Assembly (NCBI GenBank): GCA_963821325.1 | Contig: CAWGDC010000001.1 | Location: 450,178-514,177 of the forward strand | Origin: an uncultured Actinomycetes bacterium | GTDB lineage: Bacteria > Actinomycetota > Acidimicrobiia > IMCC26256 > PALSA-555 | Direction: 5' to 3' | DNA: 64,000 nt | In this document: positions 18,601 to 26,747 of the stretch, in pieces | Layout: each line of letters begins with the position of its first letter | Position numbering within the stretch: the first letter of the stretch is position 1 | Program-made: the position numbers and the translations under genes | Notes under the pieces: generated by a model | Databases searched by the model: none | Seen by the model: the letters and a program-made list of their open reading frames with translations, nothing else | Told to the model about the DNA's origin: nothing

Positions 18601-19694
18601 CGGTCGGTGTGGACGAACTCGCTCGCGGGAAAGCAGGGGTTGCTGGCGGTGATGCGGCCCGAGTTGGGGACGGTGTGCCAGCGGTTGATCGTGGTGTCGT
18701 ACTGCATGCCCGGGTCGGCGCACTCCCAGGCAGCCTCGGCGATCTGGCGCATGAGGTCACGGGCCGGCACGGTGCGGAGGACCTCGCCGGTCGTGACCGC
18801 GAGGAGGTCCCAGTCGCGGTCCTCTTCCACGGCGCGCATGAACTCGTCAGTGACGCGGACCGAGTTGTTGGCGTTCTGGTACTGGACGGAGTGCGAGTCG
18901 AGGCCGTCGAGGTCCATGTCGAACCCGGCGTCGCGCAGGGCCCGCGCCTTGCGCTCCTCCCGCGCCTTGCACCAGACGAACTCTTCGATGTCGGGGTGGT
19001 CGACGTTGAGCACGACCATCTTCGCGGCGCGGCGGGTCTTGCCGCCCGACTTGATCGTCCCGGCGGACGCGTCGGCGCCGCGCATGAAGCTCACCGGGCC
19101 GCTGGCCGTGCCGCCACCGGCGAGGTTCTCCTGGGACGACCGGATCGTCGACAGGTTGATCCCGGACCCCGAGCCGCCCTTGAAGATGATGCCTTCCTCG
19201 CGGTACCAGTTGAGGATCCCGTCCATCGTGTCCTCGACGGACAGGATGAAGCACGCCGAGCCCTGGTTCGGGACGCCCTCGACGCCGATGTTGAACCAGA
19301 CCGGGCTGTTGAACGCGGCGCGCTGGTGCACGAGGATGTACTTCAGCTCGTTGCGGAACGCCGCGCCTTCCTGCTCGTCGACGAAGTAGCCGTCGCGCAC
19401 GCCCCACGCGGTGATGGTGTCGACGATGCGGTCGAGCACCTGGCGGAGGGACTGCTCACGGTCCGGGGTGCCGAGGGTGCCCCGGAAGTACTTCTGGGCG
19501 ACGATGTTCGTGGCGTTCTGCGACCAGCTGACCGGGAACTCGACGTCGGGCTGGAAGAAGGCGTCGGTGCCGTCCTTGTAGTTCGGGATCCGGGCGTCGC
19601 GGCGCTCCCACCCCACGGTGTCGTAGGGGTGCTCCCCGGGTCGGGTGAAGTACCGGCGGATCCCGATCCCGATCTGCTCCGGCGCGATGGCCAT
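15699..19694 (-). CDS. nrdJ: class II (adenosylcobalamin-dependent) ribonucleotide reductase NrdJ, interrupted by an intein; three frame disruptions inside the intein as sequenced
   Basis: The N-extein is ORF 18453..19715 (start more likely ATG 19692-19694, preceded by GGAGGGGGAGG): ...AQKYFRG...NSPVWFN...GSACFILSV...GGSGSGINLS...RITASNP. The C-extein lies in ORF 15699..18257 from CSEYMSLDNSACNLASINL... to the C-terminal Cys cluster CYVCGDIMQRAGSCHACPSCG. Confidence 0.9.
17442..18635 (-). mobile_element. NrdJ intein with LAGLIDADG homing-endonuclease domain (1194 nt as sequenced)
   Basis: It starts at Cys codon 18633-18635 (CFPASEFVHTD...), has a block-B-like RCTPNH, and LAGLIDADG motifs LGWLVGDGC and LQGLFDADGC. 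It ends ...NHSYVVNGTIVRN (Asn 17442-17444), followed by Cys+1 (17439-17441). The reading frame steps three times (~18573, ~18457, ~18255) but the exteins share one frame. Confidence 0.85.
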
Positions 19695-19743
19695 GCCGCT
19701 GACCTCCCCCTCCATGTCTGTGGCGTTCCAGAGGGCTCACCCA

Positions 19744-19759
19744 CCACTATATGTTGTGG
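19744..19759 (-). promoter_or_regulatory. NrdR-box-like palindrome upstream of nrdJ
   Basis: CCACTATATGTTGTGG (plus-strand reading) matches 13/16 positions of the NrdR box consensus acaCwAtATaTwGtgt as I remember it. It lies 50-65 nt upstream of the nrdJ ATG. A weak second site (10/16) sits 31 nt away at 19775-19790. Confidence 0.5.
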
Positions 19760-19840
19760 TCTGGGTTCCCCTGGGCACGAGATGCAGGGTGAATTACAGC
19801 ACTGCAACTCGTTGGCGTCAACCGCCGATTGTCGTCCCGG

Positions 19841-20326
19841 TCAGCGCCCGATGCGGGTCCGAGCCCGTTTGGGCTCGGTGGTCTTGCGGAGCTCGACGGC
19901 GGCCCGCTCGAAGTCCGCCGGGGACTCGAAGCCCTGGTAGACGGACGCGAACCGCAGGTACGAGACGGGGTCGAGGGCTCGGAGGCGCTCCAGGACGGCG
20001 AGGCCGAGGCGCTCGCTGCCCACCTCGGCGCCGGCGGCGCGCCCCTCCTCCTCGATGTCGGCGGCGAGGGCCTCGACGGCTCGAGGGTCGACGGGGCTGC
20101 CGGCGACGGCGCGCTCGATCCCCCGCTCGAGCTTGCGGCGCTCGAAGGGCTCGCGTTGGCCCGACCGCTTGATGACCATGAGGGGCAGCTCGACGACGCG
20201 CTCCTGGGTCGTGAACCGTCGACCGCAGGCCAGACATTCTCGGCGGCGGCGCACGGCCGATCCGTCGTCCCCGGGCCGGGAGTCGACGACCTTGTCGTCG
20301 TCGGCCTGGCAGAAGGGGCAGCGCAT
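19841..20326 (-). CDS. nrdR: transcriptional repressor NrdR
   Basis: ORF 19841..20362 was trimmed to ATG 20324-20326: MRCPFCQADDDKVVDSR...CLACGRRFTTQERV (zinc ribbon), followed by an ATP-cone (VIKRSGQREPFERRKL...). Confidence 0.92.
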   Translation of the reverse strand: MRCPFCQADDDKVVDSRPGDDGSAVRRRRECLACGRRFTTQERVVELPLMVIKRSGQREPFERRKLERGIERAVAGSPVDPRAVEALAADIEEEGRAAGAEVGSERLGLAVLERLRALDPVSYLRFASVYQGFESPADFERAAVELRKTTEPKRARTRIGR

Positions 20327-20376
20327 GCCGTCACGGTAACTCCACCGCCCGGAGGACGGCACTGAGGCTCAGCGGA

Positions 20377-20793
20377 TCAGGCGGGGCCGCGCAGGGTCTC
20401 GCCGGGAAGCAGGGGCCGGGAGCCGTTGAGGGCGACGAGCTCGTCGACGACGGGTCGGGGGTCGGCGCCCGGGTCGATGCGCTCGGCGATGGCCCAGAGC
20501 GTGTCGCCGGGTCGGACGACGATGGTGCGTGCCGAGATGAGGGTCGGGCTGCGCCCGGGAGCTCCGAGGGGAGAGCCCCCGAGCGCCGCGCCCGCCTGCC
20601 CCGCCACGACCACGGTCCCCAGTGCCAGCGCCGCGAGGACGACGCGCCGGCGTCGGAAGACCGTGGGGGATGTCCGGCGAGCGCGTGGGGTGGCAGCACG
20701 CGCCCCGCGCTGGTCGGCTCGGGTGAGCGCCAGCGGGGAGCCGGGGGTAGTCGTGGCGGTGGCCATATCTGCTCGAGTCGTCGGGTGGGTCAT
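20377..20793 (-). CDS. LysM domain-containing membrane-anchored protein (positional counterpart of the mycobacterial lexA-adjacent LysM gene)
   Basis: This is the tail of ORF 20377..21195 from ATG 20791-20793 (alternative ATG 20766). It has a TM segment, VVLAALALGTVVVAGQAGAAL, then a LysM-like VVRPGDTLWAIAERI...VVDELVALNG. It is divergent from lexA. Confidence 0.75.
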   Translation of the reverse strand: MTHPTTRADMATATTTPGSPLALTRADQRGARAATPRARRTSPTVFRRRRVVLAALALGTVVVAGQAGAALGGSPLGAPGRSPTLISARTIVVRPGDTLWAIAERIDPGADPRPVVDELVALNGSRPLLPGETLRGPA

Positions 20794-20844
20794 CGCCGGC
20801 ACCACACCACGGGGGTGTGACACCGGCCCGGTCCAGGCGGTGAC

Positions 20845-20925
20845 CGAACCTGTGTTCGTGTAGTGAACACCGAACGGGTGTTCGCTGTCAAGGTCGAACG
20901 GGTGTTTGCCCCGAACGCATGCTCG
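20845..20925. promoter_or_regulatory. array of four LexA (SOS) boxes in the lexA / LysM-gene divergent intergenic region
   Basis: CGAACCTGTGTTCG (20845-20858) and CGAACGGGTGTTCG (20871-20884) are perfect GAAC-N4-GTTC sites. CGAACGGGTGTTTG (20895-20908) and CGAACGCATGCTCG (20912-20925) each have one mismatch. Confidence 0.8.
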
Positions 20926-20940
20926 TGTTACCGTCCCACC

Positions 20941-21567
20941 ATGACTGACCTGACGCCCCGGCAGCAGCAAGTCCTCGAGTTCATCGACCAGGAGGTCCGA
21001 CAGCGCGGGTACCCGCCGAGCGTGCGGGAGATCGGCGAGGCCGTCGGCCTGTCGTCCAGCTCGACGGTGCACGCCCACCTCGCGGCCCTGCAGGACAAGG
21101 GGTATCTGCGTCGTGACCCGACGAAGCCCCGGGCCCTCGAGCTGCACTTCGCGTCGGCGTCGGGTGGCGCCGCCGAGCGGCGTCCCGTCCGCCATGTGCC
21201 GCTCGTCGGCGACGTCGCGGCCGGCACGGGCGTGCTCGCGGTCGAGAACGTCGAGGAGACCGTCCCCATGCCGGAGGACTTCACCGGCGCGGGCCAGCTC
21301 TTCATGGTCCGGGTGCGGGGCGACTCGATGATCGAGGCCGGCATCCTCGACGGCGACTACGTCGTCGTCCGCCAGCAGCCGACGGCGGAGGCCGGCGAGA
21401 TCGTCGTGGCGGGCATCCCCGGTGAGGAGGGCACGGTGAAGACGTTCCTTCGCCGCCGCGGGAAGATCGTGCTGCGACCCGAGAACCCGGCGCTCGACGA
21501 GATGGTCTACGACCCGGATGACGTCACGATCTACGGCAAGGTCGTCTCGCTGCTGCGCCGGTTCTGA
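20941..21567 (+). CDS. lexA: SOS repressor LexA
   Basis: ORF 20863..21567 was trimmed to ATG 20941: MTDLTPRQQQVLEFIDQEVRQRGYPPSVREIGEAVGLSSSSTVHAHLAALQDKGYL (winged HTH), followed by the S24 peptidase region ...VRGDSMIEAGILDGDYVVV...TVKTF. Confidence 0.95.
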   Translation: MTDLTPRQQQVLEFIDQEVRQRGYPPSVREIGEAVGLSSSSTVHAHLAALQDKGYLRRDPTKPRALELHFASASGGAAERRPVRHVPLVGDVAAGTGVLAVENVEETVPMPEDFTGAGQLFMVRVRGDSMIEAGILDGDYVVVRQQPTAEAGEIVVAGIPGEEGTVKTFLRRRGKIVLRPENPALDEMVYDPDDVTIYGKVVSLLRRF

Positions 21568-21588
21568 TCCGCGCCGCGGGCGCGACGC

Positions 21589-22419
21589 TCAGACCGCGAT
21601 GCCGTGCTCGCGGAGGATGTCGTTGAGGCGCGCCTTCTCGTAGCGCTCACCCTCGGTGAGGTGCCGCACGATGAGCAGGCACGGCAACCCGAACTCGCCG
21701 CCGGGGTAGCGGCGCGGGCGGGTGGCCTGCATGCCGACGCACCAGTCCGGGACGACGCCCCGGGCGAGCTCGTCGCCGGTCTCGGCGTCGATGACGGGGA
21801 TGCCCGGGTTCAACAGGACGCCCTCGCCGAGCACGCAGCCCTTCCCGACGCGGGCGCCTTGGGTGATCATGCTGCGGCTCCCGACGAGGGAGTCGTCGCC
21901 GATGATGACGGGGCTGGCTTGGGGCGGTTCGAGGACCCCGCCGATCCCGACCCCGCCGGAGAGATGGACCCGGGCCCCGATCTGGGCGCAGGACCCGACG
22001 GTGGCCCAGGTGTCCACCATCGTGTCGGGGCCGACGTACGCGCCGATGTTCACGTAGCTCGGCATCAGGATGGAGCCGCGCCCGATGTACGAGCCCCATC
22101 GTGCGGACCCGCCGGGGACGACGCGGACGCCGGCGTCCTCGTAGTGGTGCTTGAGCGGGATCTTGTCGGCGTACTCGAACGGTCCGAGCTCGGTCGTCTC
22201 CATGCGCGCCAGGCGGAAGAGCAGGAGGATCGCCTGCTTGAGCCACTCGTGGACGACGACCTGTCCGTCGACGACCTCGGCGACGCGGGCCTCGCCGGCG
22301 TCGAGCCGGTCGATCGCGGCGTAGACGACCTCTCGGGCTTCGGCCTCGCTCGCGGTGCTGCGGGTGAGGTCCTCGCGCCGCTCCCAGAGCGTGGCGATGC
22401 GTGGGGCGAGGTCGTCCAC
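21589..22419 (-). CDS. dapD: 2,3,4,5-tetrahydropyridine-2,6-dicarboxylate N-succinyltransferase
   Basis: ORF 21589..22419 has hexapeptide-repeat left-handed beta-helix motifs (GARVHLSGGVGIGGVLEPPQASPVIIGDDSLVGSRSMITQGARVGKGCVLGEGV) and a typical actinobacterial DapD N-terminal domain. Confidence 0.85.
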   Translation of the reverse strand: MDDLAPRIATLWERREDLTRSTASEAEAREVVYAAIDRLDAGEARVAEVVDGQVVVHEWLKQAILLLFRLARMETTELGPFEYADKIPLKHHYEDAGVRVVPGGSARWGSYIGRGSILMPSYVNIGAYVGPDTMVDTWATVGSCAQIGARVHLSGGVGIGGVLEPPQASPVIIGDDSLVGSRSMITQGARVGKGCVLGEGVLLNPGIPVIDAETGDELARGVVPDWCVGMQATRPRRYPGGEFGLPCLLIVRHLTEGERYEKARLNDILREHGIAV

Positions 22420-22498
22420 GGCCGCTCACCCTAACGGCTGCGGTCGCGACCGCCGTGCCCGAATGGCGAACGGGCGCGTCGCGCCCGGCTCGGTGTGG

Positions 22499-23657
22499 TC
22501 AGCGCGTGGCGGCGGCGAGCCGGTCGACCACGCACGCGACCTGCGCGTCGGTGAGCGTGAGCGCCAGGCGGACCTGCGCTGCGCCAGCCTCCCCGTAGAG
22601 GTCGCCGGGCGCGACGAGGATCCCGAGGTGGGCCAGCTGGTCGGCGAGCGCCCAGCCGTCAGGCGTGTCGGCGCGGGCGAGCCACAGGTAGAACGTGGAA
22701 GGGCCGCCGACATGGACGACGTCGTGGGCGGCGAGAGCGTCGAGCATCGCGGCGCGCCGGGTGGCGTAGCGGGTGCGCTGCTCGTCGACGTGGCGGTCGT
22801 CGCCGAGCGCCGCGGCCGCGGCGGCCTGCACCGGGCCGGGCACCATGAGGCCGGCGTGCTTGCGCACCTCACCCAGGTAGGTGACGAGGTCGGCGTCGCC
22901 GGCTACGAAGCCGACGCGCAGGCCCGCCATGTTCGAGCGCTTCGACAGCGAGTGGACAGCGAGGACGCCCGTCGCGCCGGACGCGAGCGCGGTGATGGGC
23001 GTCGTCGACCGACCGTCGGCGTCGTAGGTGAACTCGGCGTAGCACTCGTCGCTCGCGACGACGATGCCGTGGGCCCGGGCCCAGCCGACGGCGGCGTCGA
23101 GCGCCTCGGCGGTGGCCGACGCCCCGGTCGGGTTGGCGGGGTCGTTGAGCCACAGCAGCAGCGCACGGGCGCGGTCGTCGGCGTCGACCCGTGCCAGGTC
23201 GAGCTGCCAGGCGGCGTCGACCGGGACGGGCACGGCCCGCAGCCCGGCGAGCGTGGCGCCGAGGGCGTAGGTGGGATACGAGACCGCGGGGTACAGGACG
23301 GTGTCGCGGCCCGGGTGGCGCAGCGACAGCCAGCGGGGCAGCGACGCGACGAACTCCTTCGTCCCGACACAGGCGCATACCGCGCTCGGGTCGACGGTGA
23401 CGCCGAAGCGGCGGGCCAGCCAGTCGACCGCCGCGCCGCGGTACTCGGGGGTGCCGATCGTGGGCGGGTAGCCGCGGGCGCTCCCCATGGCGTCGTCGAG
23501 CGCGGCCCGCGCGATGGCCGGGAGCGGATCGACGGGCGTCCCGACCGACGCGTCGACGACGCCGCCTGGGACCCGGTCGGCGACGGCCCGTAGACGCGCC
23601 GAGCCGGTCGTGGGGGTACGGCGGGGGGACGAAGCCGGCTTCCACGTCGCGCGGCAC
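22499..23657 (-). CDS. dapC: PLP-dependent aminotransferase, succinyldiaminopimelate transaminase-like; one frame disruption as sequenced
   Basis: The body is ORF 22499..23488 (...NDPANPTG...SLSKRSNMAGLRVGF, PLP-lysine region). The N-terminus from GTG 23655-23657 (VPRDVEAGFVPPPYPHDRLGA) joins LRAVADRVPGGVVDASVGTPVDP after one extra base at ~23594. It lies next to dapD. Confidence 0.7.
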
Positions 23658-23685
23658 GATCGCAGGCTACCGCCGGGGTGGTCGG

Positions 23686-24987
23686 TCAGCCGGTGAGGAA
23701 TGCCTGGTAGCGGCCGAGGTCGAGCTCGTCGATCCGCGCGCGCACCCGTGTCCCGACGTCGGCGTGCACCTCGATGAGCACCTCGCCGTCGCGGTGCAGC
23801 GCGGCGAGCACGTCGCCGCGGTCGTAGGGGACGAGGAACTCGACGACGGCACCGAGCGAGCGGAGCCGCTCGGTGAGCGCGTCGAGCAGCTTGTCGAGCC
23901 CCTCGCCGGTGCGGGCCGACACGCCGACGGCCGCTTCGCCGACGCCGAAGTCACGCCCGGGGGACGGGAGCGCGTCGATCTTGTTGACGACGAGCAGCTC
24001 GGGGCGGTCGCCCGCGCCGATCTCGTCGAGCACGGAGCGGACCGCCGCCACCTGGCCCGGGGCGTCGGCCGCGACGCCGTCGACGACGTGGACGACGAGG
24101 TCGGCGTCGGTGACGACCTCGAGGGTGGAGCGGAACGCCTCGACGAGCCCGTGCGGGAGCCGGCGGACGAACCCGACGGTGTCGGAGCACAGGACGGTCT
24201 CGCCGCTGGGAAGGCGCAGCCGTCGGGTGGTCGGGTCGACGGTCGAGAAGAGTCGGTCCTCGACGGGGACGTGCGCGTCGGTCAGGGCGTTGAGCAGGGT
24301 GGACTTGCCGGCGTTCGTGTAGCCGACGAGCCCGATGGTCGGGATGGCCCGCCGGCGGCGGGCCTTGCGCTGGGTGGCGCGCGTCTGGGTGACGCGGTCG
24401 AGGTCGCGCTCGAGCTTCGTGATGCGGCGCTGGATGCGCCGGCGGTCGACCTCGAGCTGGGTCTCCCCCGGGCCGCGGGTCCCGATGCCGCCGCCCTGCT
24501 GGCTGAGCGAGACGCCGCGGCCGCGCAGCCGCGGCAGCCGGTAGCGGAGCTGGGCGAGCTCGACCTGCAGCATCCCGGCCTGGCTGGTGGCGTGCTGGGC
24601 GAAGATGTCCATGATGAGCGCCACCCGGTCGACGACGTCGCGGCCGAGGCGCTGCTCGAGGTTGCGTTGCTGGGCGGGGGTGAGCTCGTCGTCGAACACG
24701 ACGACGTCGACGTCGAGCGCGTCGGCGGTGTGGCGCAGCTCCTCGGCCTTGCCGGGTCCGACGTAGGTCGCGGGGTCGGGCCGGTCGCGGCGCTGCAGGA
24801 CGGTGTCGACGGGGTCGGCGCCGGCGGTGTCGGTGAGTCGGGCGAGCTCCTCGAGCGACGCCTCGGCGTCGGCGGCGGTGCGGGTCCCCGCGCCGGTTCC
24901 GACGAGCAGGGCGCGTTGTCGGACGACCTCGAGGTCGATCTCGGTGGCGGTGAGCCGCCGTCGGGCTCGTCCGGGTCGTCCGCTCAC
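23686..24987 (-). CDS. hflX: GTPase HflX
   Basis: ORF 23686..24987 has the HflX N-domain (...VFDDELTPAQQRNLE...) and G motifs GYTNAGKSTLLN, DTVGF and NKID. The GTG start overlaps the dapF stop (GTGA). Confidence 0.92.
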   Translation of the reverse strand: MSGRPGRARRRLTATEIDLEVVRQRALLVGTGAGTRTAADAEASLEELARLTDTAGADPVDTVLQRRDRPDPATYVGPGKAEELRHTADALDVDVVVFDDELTPAQQRNLEQRLGRDVVDRVALIMDIFAQHATSQAGMLQVELAQLRYRLPRLRGRGVSLSQQGGGIGTRGPGETQLEVDRRRIQRRITKLERDLDRVTQTRATQRKARRRRAIPTIGLVGYTNAGKSTLLNALTDAHVPVEDRLFSTVDPTTRRLRLPSGETVLCSDTVGFVRRLPHGLVEAFRSTLEVVTDADLVVHVVDGVAADAPGQVAAVRSVLDEIGAGDRPELLVVNKIDALPSPGRDFGVGEAAVGVSARTGEGLDKLLDALTERLRSLGAVVEFLVPYDRGDVLAALHRDGEVLIEVHADVGTRVRARIDELDLGRYQAFLTG

Positions 24988-25808
24988 GATGGGGTGGGCA
25001 TCTCAACGTCGAAGACGTGGGTGACCGGCCCGCCGAGCCGGACGGTGGCGCCGAGCCTCACGTCGAGGTCACCCCCGGGGACGTGGACCGTGACGTGGTC
25101 GTCCACGAGGCCGCGTCGGTGGGCGACCGCGGCGGCGGCGCAGGCGCCGGTGCCACAGGACAGGGTCTCGCCGACGCCGCGCTCCCAGACGCGCATCTGG
25201 AGCGCGTCGCGTCCGACCGGGGTGACGAACTCGACGTTCGTGCTGGACGGGAAGCGCGGGTCGTGCTCGAGGTGGGGGCCGTGCTGGGTGACCCGGGCGC
25301 TGGTGACGTCGTCGACGAGGAGCACGAGGTGCGGGTTGCCGACACCGGCGGCGTCACCGTGGTAGGTGACACCGTGGAAGGTGACCTCGAGATCGAGCGC
25401 GCTCGGGCCCGAGAACGGGATCGCCGCGGGGTCGAAGGTGACCGGCCCCATGTCGACCGTCGCGGCGCGGAGCTGCCCGGTGGCGTCGCGGTCGAGGTCG
25501 ACCGGGCGCCGCCCCGCCGCGGTGTCCACGACGAGCGTGCGGTCGGTGCCGAGGCCCTGGGCGGCGGCCACCCAGGCGAGGCAGCGGATGCCGTTGCCGC
25601 TCATCTCGGCGGGGCTGCCGTCGGCGTTGTAGAGGGTCATGGTGCAGTCGGCGCCGTCCGTGCCGGGGCCGAGGACGAGGAGACCGTCGGCGCCGACCCC
25701 ACGGTGCCGGTCGCAGAGGTCGCGGATCGTGGCGGGGTCCGGGGCGGGCGCGTCGGCCACGAGGAAGTCGTTGCCCGTGGCGTGGAGCTTCGCCAGCCGG
25801 ATCGTCAC
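24984..25808 (-). CDS. dapF: diaminopimelate epimerase
   Basis: This is the last 274 codons of ORF 24984..26516, from GTG 25806-25808: VTIRLAKLHATGNDFLV...SGNGIRC...GETLSCGTGA. The rest of that ORF is Arg-rich read-through of miaA in the wrong frame. Confidence 0.9.
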   Translation of the reverse strand: MTIRLAKLHATGNDFLVADAPAPDPATIRDLCDRHRGVGADGLLVLGPGTDGADCTMTLYNADGSPAEMSGNGIRCLAWVAAAQGLGTDRTLVVDTAAGRRPVDLDRDATGQLRAATVDMGPVTFDPAAIPFSGPSALDLEVTFHGVTYHGDAAGVGNPHLVLLVDDVTSARVTQHGPHLEHDPRFPSSTNVEFVTPVGRDALQMRVWERGVGETLSCGTGACAAAAVAHRRGLVDDHVTVHVPGGDLDVRLGATVRLGGPVTHVFDVEMPTPS

Positions 25809-26716
25809 GCGCTCCAGGCTGCCAGGAGACTGGCGAGGACGCGGCACGGGTTGTCGGACGTCCCGTGCCAGGTGATGCGGGGGTCGCGGCGGAACCACAT
25901 GCGCTGGCGGCGGGCGAAGGACCGCGTCCGGCGGGCGATGGCGTCGAAGTCGTCGTCGCCGGGGGCGCGGCCGGCGTCGAGCGCGTCGGCGAGCTCGCGG
26001 TAGCCGATGGCTTGGCGGGCCGTGCGGCTCAGCCCTGGCGCGTGACGGGCGGTGTCGACCTCGGCGACCAGGCCGGCGTCCCGCATCGCATCGACGCGGG
26101 CGGCGATGCGCGCCGCGAGGCGGTCTCGGGGCAGCCACACGCCCGCGACCCGGACGGGGAACGCGGTCGGGCCGAAGGTCGCGACGCCGGGACCGAACGA
26201 CGAGAAGGGCTGCCCGGTGACGGTGATGACCTCGAGGGCGCGCACGATGCGTCGCGCGTTGTGGGGGTCGATGCGTGCCGCGGCGGTGGGGTCCGCGGTC
26301 CGGAGCTGCTCGTAGGCGCGGGCGACGCCGCCCGGCTCGGTGGTGGCGGCTTCGAGCTCGGTGCGCACGGCGAGGTCCTCGGCGGGGAGGCGCAGGTCGT
26401 CGAGCACCGCCTGGACGTAGAGGCCGGTGCCACCGACGAGCAGCGCCCGTCGGCCGCGGGCCTCGATGTCGGCCACGGCGCCGCGGGCCATCGCTTGGGT
26501 CCGGGCGACCGACCATTCGTCGTCCGGGTCCGCGACGTCGAGGAGGTGGTGACGCACGGCCTGGCGGGTCGCGGCGTCGGGCTTGGCGGTCCCGACGTCG
26601 AGGCCCCGATAGACCTGCATCGAGTCGAGGGAGACGATCTCGACGTCGCCGAGGGTCGTCGCGGCCGCGGCGGCGAGGGCCGACTTGCCCGATGCGGTCG
26701 GCCCGACGAGGGCCAG
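25805..26716 (-). CDS. miaA: tRNA dimethylallyltransferase MiaA (start codon unresolved)
   Basis: This is the tail of ORF 25805..27292: ...RPHLALVGPTASGKSALA (P-loop) ...SLDSMQVYRGLDVGTAKP...LVGGTGLY... No ATG/GTG/TTG lies in frame between the miaB stop (26748) and the P-loop. The 5' end is provisionally set at CTG 26714-26716. Confidence 0.8.
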   Translation of the reverse strand: MALVGPTASGKSALAAAAATTLGDVEIVSLDSMQVYRGLDVGTAKPDAATRQAVRHHLLDVADPDDEWSVARTQAMARGAVADIEARGRRALLVGGTGLYVQAVLDDLRLPAEDLAVRTELEAATTEPGGVARAYEQLRTADPTAAARIDPHNARRIVRALEVITVTGQPFSSFGPGVATFGPTAFPVRVAGVWLPRDRLAARIAARVDAMRDAGLVAEVDTARHAPGLSRTARQAIGYRELADALDAGRAPGDDDFDAIARRTRSFARRQRMWFRRDPRITWHGTSDNPCRVLASLLAAWSA

Positions 26717-26747
26717 GTGCGGACGCGGGGACGTGGGCGGTTCCCGA

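Noticed and set aside
19775-19790. Second NrdR box upstream of nrdJ
   Set aside because: It matches only 10/16 consensus positions. It is mentioned because of its canonical ~31-32 nt spacing from the better box, but it is too weak to call on its own.
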